NCBI GenBank assembly: GCA_036524775.1
Contig: DATDBO010000040.1
Location: 2,085 to 66,084 of the forward strand
Source: Solirubrobacterales bacterium
GTDB lineage: Bacteria > Actinomycetota > Thermoleophilia > Solirubrobacterales > 70-9
Direction: 5' to 3'
DNA: 64,000 nucleotides
Under the pieces are notes generated by a model that was given only the letters and a program-made list of their open reading frames with translations, was not told the origin of the DNA and ran no database searches. Position numbers and translations under genes: made by a program. Positions 10,247 to 19,735 of this stretch are shown piece by piece (position 1 is the stretch's first letter; each line of letters starts with the position of its first letter).

Positions 10247-11658
10247 CCCAGCCGCGGGCGCAGCGCCCGGCGGTTGGCCAGGGCGGCGCGGAAACGCGCA
10301 ATCAGGAGCAGGAAGCAGACGATGGCGCCCCAGACGATCGCGTACGCGGCGATCGAGGTGATCTGGCCAGCGTCGACGAGGCGGCTGACCGGCTCCGAGC
10401 CGGGCACGGGCACGGTCTCGGTAGGACTCTCGGCGATCCGCAGGGCCACGTAGAAGAGCGCCACTCCGAGCGAGCCGAAGGCGAGTCGGAGCCAGCGCTG
10501 CTGTCGGGCGACCAACCAGTGGACGCGCCGCCAGACGATCGACATCGCGATCGAGGGCACGAGGACGGCGAGCGTAATTACGCTCTGCGAGCTGGTCGGG
10601 TCAAGCGACTCCAGGTTGTTGACGATGCCCACCAGCACCGCGATCGCGACTACGGTGCAGACCAAGCCGGCCGTCAACCAGTCGTCGGTGACGACCAGCT
10701 TGCCGCGAACCGTTAGGTAGGTGTCGGAGGTCAAATCCTTCTCATAGAGGTGGAAGCGCGGGTCAATGTGCTTCGCCTTCACCACCCGCCCGTCGATCGC
10801 CCGCTTCGAGGTGATTCGGGTGAACCTCATCCCCGTCGGCGGATCCTCCTCGAAGTGGTACCGGCGCGCCCTCACGAAAGCGTTGCCGATGTCGACCCGG
10901 TAGGAGGCCAGGCCGAGCAGTAGGGTGACCGTGCGTCCCATCTCCCTCGCCCGCCCCCACAGTGACCGCGACTGCTCGTAAGTGTCGGTGCCGCGCAGCC
11001 CGGTGCAAGTCTCGTCGTAGCGGAGCTTGATCACCCGCCTCTCCCCGAGGCGGTCATGCAGCACGACCGTAAAGATCGACGCCATAGCGCAGACCTCGAG
11101 CAAGGCCGCGAAACCCGGGTCGCGCGCGAGCAGGGCCATCTCCCGTTCGCACACCTCCGTCGCCGACGGCAGCGGCCCGCTACGCAGAGACAGCCAGCTG
11201 TTCTTCACCTCGTTGCGGGCTTCGATCGCCTCGTGCTCGACGATGTTGGCGATCCCCTGGAGCGTTTCGAAGTGGATTTTGGATAGGGCGAGCCCGAGCA
11301 CCCTGCTCGCGTACTCGTGCATGACAGCGACGGTGACCTCCTCGTCGACGCTGCTGGTCGAGAGCGCGAGCGAGTCACCGGAGTCGTCGACGAAGTCAAT
11401 GTTGGTGTACTTGCCTGGCGCCTTCCACCAGAAGCCAAGCGGGACCCGGGCGCTCGACCCGGCCCCTCCGGGTCCCGCGCTCACCAGGCCCGGCGGCACC
11501 TCGAAGTCGAAGGAGTGGGTGCGGCGCAGCAGCGACTCGGAGCCGAACGCCACCGCGTCCTTGCGCCGGACCATCCAGCTCGTGTCGAGCAGGGCATCGA
11601 GCAGGGCCCCAGCCGACAGCTCGCCCGATCCTTGTTTACTCCCCACCGCCATTTGCAT
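10243..11658 (-). CDS. orphan 471-aa protein: about 330-aa soluble N-domain plus about 4 C-terminal TM helices
   Basis: Long ORF. Hydrophobic segments from about aa 335 to the end. No recognised catalytic motif. Confidence 0.6.
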   Translation of the reverse strand: MQMAVGSKQGSGELSAGALLDALLDTSWMVRRKDAVAFGSESLLRRTHSFDFEVPPGLVSAGPGGAGSSARVPLGFWWKAPGKYTNIDFVDDSGDSLALSTSSVDEEVTVAVMHEYASRVLGLALSKIHFETLQGIANIVEHEAIEARNEVKNSWLSLRSGPLPSATEVCEREMALLARDPGFAALLEVCAMASIFTVVLHDRLGERRVIKLRYDETCTGLRGTDTYEQSRSLWGRAREMGRTVTLLLGLASYRVDIGNAFVRARRYHFEEDPPTGMRFTRITSKRAIDGRVVKAKHIDPRFHLYEKDLTSDTYLTVRGKLVVTDDWLTAGLVCTVVAIAVLVGIVNNLESLDPTSSQSVITLAVLVPSIAMSIVWRRVHWLVARQQRWLRLAFGSLGVALFYVALRIAESPTETVPVPGSEPVSRLVDAGQITSIAAYAIVWGAIVCFLLLIARFRAALANRRALRPRLG

Positions 11659-11910
11659 GGGCGCAGGATAGACTCCTGGATGATCCGTGACACAGCGTCG
11701 GCCATGTCTACCTCTTCCGGCCCCTACGTGAGCCGCCCGCGCATGGGATGGGCACTGACTGATCGATTTGTCCCGTTATGTGGGTCAATCGATCAATCGG
11801 CACCCAAGCAGTCACCCTAGCCCCTGCTCACGCACCGTGACACCAGTCATCTAGCGGCAAACCGCCCCTGATTCGGAGCATCTGTTCCGTCTCTACGATT
11901 GAGCGATCCG

Positions 11911-11948
11911 CCTCGATAACTCAGCTGGATAGAGCGACTCCTCCTAAG
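11911..11948 (+). repeat. second, diverged tRNA-Arg 5'-half copy (attL of element B)
   Basis: CCTCGATAACTCAGCTGGATAGAGCGACTCC-TCCTAAG, followed by CGAAGTGGA as at the first copy. Confidence 0.8.
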
Positions 11949-12093
11949 CGAAGTGGAAAAGTTAGCGCTTTCGGCTATGCGCCGTGGGAATGTGCCGCAC
12001 TACACACAACGCCGAACTTCTCGATTACGCATGATTCGATCCGGTGTGGGCAGCAGCGCCGCCTCGCTGCCCGTTGGATCCCTACCTACAGGG

Positions 12094-13023
12094 CTATCGC
12101 CGCAATCTCTTGTCAATCTCGTCATCGTCCAATGGCTCATACCGGCGATCTACGAATTCACGAAAACGGGCAAGTAGGTCTTCGCGCTCAACATGCGCCT
12201 CGCGCGTGACCCGCATGATCGTTTTTAGCCCCTGCTCGAACTCCTTCCGTTCTTCCAGGCGCCACTTTGGCTCGGTAACGAGCTCCCCAGTCTCTGGGTC
12301 GATTACACCGCGCAGCTCCTGTACGTAGCTCAACATCGAAGTCTTGTAGTACCGGCCCCCCGACATCAGCAAGCCTGGTCTGGCCCAGCGTTTTGGAACA
12401 AGGATCAAAGGGATGTCTTCAGCAACCGGCAGTTCAACCTTCTTGAAAACCCAGCGTTTCTGAGAAGGGCTCCATATCTGGCGGCTGAATGTCTTGGCGT
12501 AATGACTCCCCTGCGTGAATTGCGGGTACTTGCGCATCATCGCCTGAGTGAACTTCGCCAGGGGCTCGAAGATGATACGGGTGGTTAAGTCCGAGGTAAT
12601 GTCCTTATCGACCCCATAAACGAAGATCGGGATGTCCTCGACCCACTTCAGGACTCCTACGCTGATCAACGCTTTGGCGTTCGTTGAAAGGGCTTTCCAA
12701 ATCGCCCCTCCCACGTCATCTGCGCCCCCATGCCCATTGACGCCTTCCTGAGACATGCCAAGCCGCGTTTCCCTTGGCTCGTGAAAGCGCGACAGGAGCC
12801 CGCGCCCCCGTTCGGTTTCTGCCCTCTTGGGAGAAATGACGCATTCGACAATCTCGTCGAAGAACGTGGTCAGGCATTTCGTCGCCTGTGCCGCAAACGG
12901 ACTGGGCCCTCGCTCAAGTCGGACAGCATGTGGGTCCACATAGAGTCGATTGTCATCGACGACATCAACGTCGAGGAACTCAAGGGGGCCAGTAAGACCG
13001 TAGTGCTGGGATACCGAGGGCAT
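12094..13023 (-). CDS. orphan 309-aa cargo protein
   Basis: Long ORF in a visibly lower-GC segment. RBS GAGAGG upstream. No motif recognised. Confidence 0.65.
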   Translation of the reverse strand: MPSVSQHYGLTGPLEFLDVDVVDDNRLYVDPHAVRLERGPSPFAAQATKCLTTFFDEIVECVISPKRAETERGRGLLSRFHEPRETRLGMSQEGVNGHGGADDVGGAIWKALSTNAKALISVGVLKWVEDIPIFVYGVDKDITSDLTTRIIFEPLAKFTQAMMRKYPQFTQGSHYAKTFSRQIWSPSQKRWVFKKVELPVAEDIPLILVPKRWARPGLLMSGGRYYKTSMLSYVQELRGVIDPETGELVTEPKWRLEERKEFEQGLKTIMRVTREAHVEREDLLARFREFVDRRYEPLDDDEIDKRLRR

Positions 13024-13077
13024 AGACCTCTCACGGTAAATGTCCTATCGGCGGAAAAAGCTAAAACGTCTTTGTTT

Positions 13078-13105
13078 ATTATCCCTTTCCAGGTCTAAGT
13101 TTCAA
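13078..13105 (-). promoter_or_regulatory. candidate sigma70-type promoter TTGAAA-16-GATAAT for the 309-aa gene
   Basis: Read on the minus strand. The -35 lies in the last codons of the XRE gene. Confidence 0.35.
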
Positions 13106-13331
13106 ATCGCAGTGCGACAGCGGCCACCTCGGTGAGTGAGAGGTCAAGCGCAGACGCAACAGCCTTCACGGTGGCCCAGGTTGGATTCGAATGCCCACGT
13201 TCGATCGTTGAGAGGTGGCCCACGGTGATTCTGGCCGCGTGGGCTAGGGCTTCCTGGGTCATGCTGCGTTCCGTCCGGAGCTGGCGGATGGCTTTACCTA
13301 GGGCGGGCTGGGGTTGATCGGAGCGACGCAT
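13095..13331 (-). CDS. XRE-family HTH regulator, 78 aa
   Basis: LRTERSMTQEALAHAARITVGHLSTIERG is a typical Cro/CI HTH. Confidence 0.8.
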   Translation of the reverse strand: MRRSDQPQPALGKAIRQLRTERSMTQEALAHAARITVGHLSTIERGHSNPTWATVKAVASALDLSLTEVAAVALRFET

Positions 13332-13485
13332 TTAGCGCAGGACCGTCTCAGACGCTGGCGTTTTAGACCATTGGTCGAAGCACTTGTGTTTGAGCATATG
13401 CTGCTGTAGTCTCGGCGGCAAATAGAAAGTGCCCCCGCGCTGGTGGAACAGCCGGGGGCGTGGCACAGGAAAGGAGTGCTTTCCC

Positions 13486-13776
13486 ATGCATGACCAGCCT
13501 AGTGATGCGAGCCTCGAAGGGGGCTCGACCGCCGCCCGTCAGGACCTCAAGGACCAGGGCGTCGTTCTGGAGCACGTTTTGATGGTCCACCCGACCCATC
13601 TGACTGTTCCCGAGCTTGTTCGGGAGATAACGGCCGGGGCGGCGGACTTTGCCGAAGGCGACCGCTTCGAGCGGGCGATCCGCGACCTGACCGGCCTGGG
13701 GCTTCTGCACTGCCCTGGAGGGGTCGTCGTGCCCTCGCACGCCGCAATCCGCTGCAAGCAGATCCTGGGGGCCTGA
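13486..13776 (+). CDS. hypothetical 96-aa protein
   Basis: ATG preceded by AGGAAAGGAG. The stop is 1 nt before the next ATG. Confidence 0.5.
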   Translation: MHDQPSDASLEGGSTAARQDLKDQGVVLEHVLMVHPTHLTVPELVREITAGAADFAEGDRFERAIRDLTGLGLLHCPGGVVVPSHAAIRCKQILGA

Positions 13777-13777
13777 G

Positions 13778-14071
13778 ATGGCCTCCCAGGAGTGCGCCGC
13801 GTGCTTCGCGGCGAACCTCCGGCGCCGCCGCAGAGTGGCGGGGTTCTCCCAGGAGGAGCTTGGTCGCCGCTCGGGCTTGCACCGAACGGCGATCGGGCTG
13901 CTGGAGCGGGGAGCGCGGATGCCTCGGGTCGACACGCTGGTCAAGCTCGCAGCTGCCTTGGAAATCCAGCCTGACATGCTGATCGAAGGCATCTCTTGGA
14001 CGCCCGGAGACGCCCAGCCCGGTGAATTCTCATTCGCCCTGGACCGCACCCGCTCGGTCGGCCTCAGCTGA
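13778..14071 (+). CDS. XRE-family HTH regulator, 97 aa
   Basis: FSQEELGRRSGLHRTAIGLLERG HTH. Confidence 0.75.
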   Translation: MASQECAACFAANLRRRRRVAGFSQEELGRRSGLHRTAIGLLERGARMPRVDTLVKLAAALEIQPDMLIEGISWTPGDAQPGEFSFALDRTRSVGLS

Positions 14072-14194
14072 AACTTCATAGGCCGCCGCTGCTCACGCCC
14101 CGACCCGCCCGACACATTATGAACCCGAACAGGGGTTCGCTTCTCGGTGCCAATCCCAGGGGGCGTTTGGGCCGCTCGTCGGATGTACAAACCA

Positions 14195-14587
14195 ATGGCA
14201 TCCACGCGCATCAAGCTCGACCCGCAGACCATCGAGGCGATTGCTCGCCGCGTGGTCGAGATCCTCGAACAACGCGGGCTGCAAAAGCGTGAGCTTGTCG
14301 ATGCTGCGGAGCTTGCCCGGCGATTCGGGATCGAGCGGACCTGGGTCTACTCTCATGCGATCGAGCTTGGGGCGGTCAAGCTGGGCCGCGGGACAAAGCC
14401 TCGGCTGCGATTCGATCCGCAGATCGCCGCGCGGGTGCTGCGGAGGGTCGGTGAGGAATCGGCGGCTGACCCGCCCGCCCGCTCGGGTGAGCGGGCGGAT
14501 CAGCCTTCGGCCAGCGGAGGGAGCGAAGTGCGGTTGCTCCGATCCGCGAGCAGAGGGAGAACGAGCCGCCTCCTGCGGCTTAGGTAG
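14195..14587 (+). CDS. excisionase-like/HTH DNA-binding protein
   Basis: ELVDAAELARRFGIERTWVYSH HTH-like segment. Lies immediately upstream of the integrase. Confidence 0.5.
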   Translation: MASTRIKLDPQTIEAIARRVVEILEQRGLQKRELVDAAELARRFGIERTWVYSHAIELGAVKLGRGTKPRLRFDPQIAARVLRRVGEESAADPPARSGERADQPSASGGSEVRLLRSASRGRTSRLLRLR

Positions 14588-14589
14588 AT

Positions 14590-15900
<1,311 letters not shown>

Positions 15901-15910
15901 TCGCGGGCGT

Positions 15911-16836
15911 TCAGCGGAGCGATTTGGTGAGATCGGCGGCGTAGGCGAGACAAATCGCCCTCACCCGCTCTTCCGGCATCGCTATGCGGAGGGCGCGGGC
16001 TGCCATCTCGATCCCTGCACCGTTGCGTACGCCGAACAACGCCTCGAATGCGTCGATGGCCGTCGTCGTCGGACCTCCGGCGATCGGGTGGGCGGCGAGG
16101 ACCCGCAGGGTCGCGGCAACGCGCTCGGGCGGGCAGGTCTGCATCAACCGCAGGACGTCGGATGCATCCTTGTCGTCGAGACGGTCCTCCCTGGCGCTCT
16201 CGACCCGGTCGTGGATCTTGTGGGTCTTGGCAACGAGCAGGGCGGCCGGCCCAGCCACCCTGACCGTGGCCGATCTCCCGTCAGCCGGATCGAGCGCCTC
16301 CACCTGCATCGTCCGATTGTCGACCAGTGCTGCCTCCAAACCGAGCGCCTTGCGGGCAGCCCGTTTCCCGTGCGGACCGAGGCGGGCGCCCCGGGTCCCA
16401 CCCGGCGGCGCGGCCCCGTCGGGCACGATCAGGTCGACCGGATCTTCACCTCCGTACCGTTGACTATCGCGGGCGCCTCCCAAATGCCCGGCTCCTGGGC
16501 TCCTTCATAGCGCTTCAACTCGAAGCCGCCCGCTTCCATCAACGAGGCGAGGGTCGGGTCGTCCGCCAGGCGTTTGGGATCGAGCGCGAGGTCGCCATCG
16601 GTGGTGAAGTCGGCGATAGGGAGGCTTCCGGGCCCGACCTGCAGGTAGATCGCCTGAGCGCCGGCGACGATCACCGAATCGCGCTGGTCGCCCAGTGCCT
16701 CCAATGCGTCGAGCAGGACGCGCCGCGCCTGCACGTACTCCTCGTCGAAAGTGCCGCTGATCACACCCGAGCCCACCGTTGCGCCCAGCTGCCGAGCTCG
16801 CTGCCCCGCCACTGCGGTTCGCTTCTCGACATCCAC
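15911..16836 (-). pseudogene. GSU2403-like nucleotidyltransferase-fold protein split by a frameshift
   Basis: ORFs 16429..16836 (LLDALEALGDQRDSVIVAGAQAIY...TTDGDLALDP) and 15911..16483 (VDLIVPDG...GLEAALVDN...VAGPAALLVAKTHK) read as one protein if one frame change occurs near 16440-16480. Confidence 0.55.
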
Positions 16837-17882
16837 TCCAGCACTGCTTCGCCTTCGGCCGGCATCCGGCCATTGCCCGTGAGGCAGTCGACCGCCACCT
16901 GCGACGGGGCGGCAAACCGCAGCCCGGCCTCGCCAGTGGTCCCTGCCCCCACCACCGGATCGAAGGGCACGAGGAAGCCGACGTTCGCCCCCTCGTCGGC
17001 GGGCAGCAGCCCGAGCTCCTCGGCAATGCGCTCGGGCTCCGAGCTGTAGGCGAGGAGCATCGCCGGAGCGGCGACCGGCGCCAGACGGGTAGCGGCGACC
17101 GAGCCGGTGATGACGATCTGGGAACGGACGCCGGGATCGGCGGCAATCCGGTCGAGCAGCCGGCTCCAGCTCGTCGACGCGATGAAGGTCGCCAGCCGGT
17201 TGGTCCTGAAGACGTCATAGGACGCCGCCCAACCACGAAGCAGTCCGACGACGTCGACCGCGGTTACCGGCCCGCGGGGCATCCGCTCGATCAGCGCCTC
17301 TCGGTCGAGCGCGTCGAGCAGTCGCGAAACATAGCCGGGAGCCAATCCGGTGGCCTCGCTGAGCTCCTTCAGGACATACGGCGGCTGCACGTCGATGAGC
17401 ACGCGAAGCAGGCGTCCGGCCTTGGCTCCACGCAGCCGCACCTTGCCACGCTCTGGGGGGGCAGGGTTGCGACTCGACCCGACGGTCTCTATGTAGACGG
17501 CCGGACTGTCCAGCTTGATCAAAGCGTTGCCGGTCCGATCGATGTAGTTGATCCCCTGCTGAGCGAGCAGCTCCTGGGTCCGCGCGCTCAGCCACGGCGC
17601 GACGACCAGCACCGGCGCGTTGCCGGTCATCGAATGAAGGACCTGTGCCAGACGGGGCAGGAGGTTCTCCGCTTCTCTCGGCGTCAGCGAGCGACGCGCC
17701 TCGACCGCGATCGACGCAGTGAAGGCGCCGGCTTGGAGGAAAATGCGCCCGTCGGCGCGTTCCGGGCCCTCGGGGCTCTCGACCCTCAGCTCGAGATTCC
17801 AGCTCTCCGGCAAGCGCTCGGACAGCCAGTCAACAGTCCAGGCCAGGAGAGAAGCTTCCGATTTAGGGATATTTGCCTCCAT
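16761..17882 (-). CDS. wHTH-containing partner protein (AbiEi-like role suspected)
   Basis: HTH-like LKELSEATGLAPGYVSRLLDALDREALIE. Upstream of and overlapping the NTase gene. Confidence 0.5.
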   Translation of the reverse strand: MEANIPKSEASLLAWTVDWLSERLPESWNLELRVESPEGPERADGRIFLQAGAFTASIAVEARRSLTPREAENLLPRLAQVLHSMTGNAPVLVVAPWLSARTQELLAQQGINYIDRTGNALIKLDSPAVYIETVGSSRNPAPPERGKVRLRGAKAGRLLRVLIDVQPPYVLKELSEATGLAPGYVSRLLDALDREALIERMPRGPVTAVDVVGLLRGWAASYDVFRTNRLATFIASTSWSRLLDRIAADPGVRSQIVITGSVAATRLAPVAAPAMLLAYSSEPERIAEELGLLPADEGANVGFLVPFDPVVGAGTTGEAGLRFAAPSQVAVDCLTGNGRMPAEGEAVLEWMSRSEPQWRGSELGSWAQRWARV

Positions 17883-17959
17883 CGCAAAAACGAGTTTAAC
17901 ACCTTTAATTCCCTAAGTCCTGGAGTTTGCGATCTTGGTAAATCGGGAAAAATCGGGAA

Positions 17960-18014
17960 ATAGAGCGACATCCTTCCTAAGAAGTAGGCCCCAGGTTCGA
18001 ATCCTGTTCGGGCG
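17960..18014 (+). repeat. diverged copy of the tRNA-Arg 3' portion (D-loop to 3' end)
   Basis: ATAGAGCGACATCCTTCCTAAGAAGTAGGCCCCAGGTTCGAATCCTGTTCGGGCG compared with the tRNA 3' 55 nt. Confidence 0.75.
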
Positions 18015-18019
18015 TTTAT

Positions 18020-18370
18020 TCTCTTAACTCGCGAAGCGGCGAAGCTGGTCGGGGTGCCGCTCTTCGCCGAGGACGAGTCGCGGCGCGCGCTCGAGGCCGC
18101 GCGCCTCGAGGAGCGGTTGGCGGTCCTGCCGCAGGGATCTGGCTGCCGGGGGCCGAAGAGCCTGTTGTCGGGACCGTCGCCGGCTGCGTCTAGCGCGCCT
18201 CGACCTACCTCCTAAGTGAGGAGGAGGCCCGAGGGATCGTCGATCGGCAGGTCGAGACGATCGAGAGGGAGTGGGCGACGTCTGCGAGCCAGCTCGCCTC
18301 AGCGAGGTCGACAGCGCCGCTTTCGCGCTGGCGCCTTCCTCAATCTCTTCGCGACCGAGAAGTACTAATC
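18020..18370 (+). pseudogene. possible remnant of a HipA-like toxin C-terminus
   Basis: Frame-hopping translations (..VGVPLFAEDESRRALEAARLEERLAVL.., ..IVDRQVETIEREW.., ..LSEVDSAAFALAPSS..) resemble HipA C-terminal regions. No intact ORF. Confidence 0.2.
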
Positions 18371-18414
18371 AACCCTTGCAGAGGTGTGGCAAACCCGACC
18401 ATCTGACGATATGA

Positions 18415-18445
18415 AAGCCCAGGCCCGTCTCGGGGGCCTGGGCTT
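18415..18445 (-). terminator. stem-loop downstream of the 395-aa gene
   Basis: AAGCCCAGGCCC / GGGCCTGGGCTT 12-bp stem with a 7-nt loop, followed on the minus strand by TCATAT. Confidence 0.55.
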
Positions 18446-18463
18446 CTCTTCGTGAGGTGCGGC

Positions 18464-19651
18464 CTAGTTGACTTTGGTGACTTTCAGGGAGACGACTCCC
18501 TTGTATTTGCCGGTGTTGTAAGAGCCGTCCGCCGGTTGGTTGGGACAGCTTTTCCCGTTGGCGATCTGATGGTCGACGCCGCTCAGGTTCGCTTTGGCTT
18601 CGACCGTGGCGCCGCTGCCCGAGCCGAGGTTGACGTATTCCATGCCGGAGCGGGTTTGGCCGGACACGGTGATCGTGCAGGCGAGCCCCGGCAGGGTGAT
18701 GGTGCCCTGGCAGAGAAACAAGCTGCCCACGTACGGCGCGCCACCGGTAAGTCCGAGCGTGTACGAGCATCCGGCTGCATGGGTCACAGTGGCCGGTATG
18801 GCGCCTGCGATCACGCAACCGCTGTACTCCGGAGACACGACCAGTTCACTCGCGTCTGCGACCAGGCCGTTCGGAAAGAGCGGCTCGGTACTGAACGTCG
18901 CGGTATTGCATTTCACAATTCCCGCGGCCGTCGTCAGTTCGATCTTCTGGATTTTTTTGCCGCCGATTTCGCCGGCCACCTGTTCGCCGCCGATCGCCGC
19001 CGGGTAAAGGTCGGAGTGGAATTCGGCGTACTGTTCGCCGCCGCCGATCACCGAGAAGCCCGGGTAGGGGACGACGTGCACGCCCGTGGGGCTGCCGCCG
19101 TTTTCGCCTTTGAGGCTCCAGGTCGTGGTGTAGGTGCCATTGGAGTAGCTGCCTTTGGCGCCGCCTTCAAGCACTTCGTATTTGATCCCGGTCGCCTGGG
19201 CGTGGATCTTCACCGTGGCGCTCGCTCCGGAGCCTTCGTTTTCGAAGGTCGCCGCGAGGCCGGTCTGGGGAAGGATCCTCTGTTTGAGCCCGGACTGAGA
19301 GACTTCGATGCCGGTGCATCCGGCTCCGCCGATGTCAAAGGAGCCGTTGACGCCTTCCACCGGCGGGTGGAAGATCAGCCCGCAGCCGTTCATTTTCACA
19401 GCGGCACAGAAGCTGGACGAGGGCGCGAAGGTTTCGCTTGCTTTGCCGAGCGTCCCGGTCAGTTTCGGGCTGATGCAACCGGTTGAAAAGAGCAGGTTGA
19501 GTTTCCCGGTTTCACCGGTCGCTTCTCCCGTCAGCGCGGCCGGATAGTCGTCAGCGACGAAGAACCCGGGCGATGCAGATGCTGCGCCCGGAAATGCGAT
19601 CAGGGCCAAAGCCGTGAACACGGCAAGGCCCAAAGCCTTGATGCTCTTCAC
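18464..19651 (-). CDS. secreted 395-aa protein made of two homologous about 180-aa Cys-containing domains
   Basis: Signal peptide MKSIKALGLAVFTALALIAFPGAASA. Internal duplication (DYPAALTGEATGE / LYPAAIGGEQVAGE; GSYSNGTYTTTWSLKG / GSYNTGKYKGVVSLKV). Confidence 0.7.
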   Translation of the reverse strand: MKSIKALGLAVFTALALIAFPGAASASPGFFVADDYPAALTGEATGETGKLNLLFSTGCISPKLTGTLGKASETFAPSSSFCAAVKMNGCGLIFHPPVEGVNGSFDIGGAGCTGIEVSQSGLKQRILPQTGLAATFENEGSGASATVKIHAQATGIKYEVLEGGAKGSYSNGTYTTTWSLKGENGGSPTGVHVVPYPGFSVIGGGEQYAEFHSDLYPAAIGGEQVAGEIGGKKIQKIELTTAAGIVKCNTATFSTEPLFPNGLVADASELVVSPEYSGCVIAGAIPATVTHAAGCSYTLGLTGGAPYVGSLFLCQGTITLPGLACTITVSGQTRSGMEYVNLGSGSGATVEAKANLSGVDHQIANGKSCPNQPADGSYNTGKYKGVVSLKVTKVN

Positions 19652-19735
19652 ATTGCCTCCCTTGCCCGACGACCTTCAGCCGCCGGGATCGACTCGTGAT
19701 CAAATCGAGCCGAGCCTCTCAGGCAGAGTAAGCCG

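Larger units (their letters stand above)
9028..11910 (+). mobile_element. degenerate integrated element A (no integrase left)
   Basis: Bounded by two tRNA 5'-half repeats. Contains an NTase remnant and orphan genes. Confidence 0.4.
15901..18014 (+). mobile_element. element remnant C downstream of the tRNA (no integrase)
   Basis: Bounded by the tRNA and a diverged copy of its 3' 55 nt. Carries an NTase/HTH pair. Confidence 0.45.

Noticed and set aside
17941-17960. Tandem 10-nt repeat AATCGGGAAA x2 next to the tRNA 3' fragment, and a similar TCGCCTTATT x2 at 51038-51057 after rpsF.
   Set aside because: Only two copies each, with no partner sites. Possibly slippage or integrase arm-type sites, but unsupported from sequence alone.
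18209-18225. CCTCC-TAAGTGA-GGAGG hairpin resembling the tRNA anticodon arm core.
   Set aside because: Only 9 nt match the att core (CCTCCTAAG), which could be chance. Mentioned under the HipA-remnant finding but not called as a feature.
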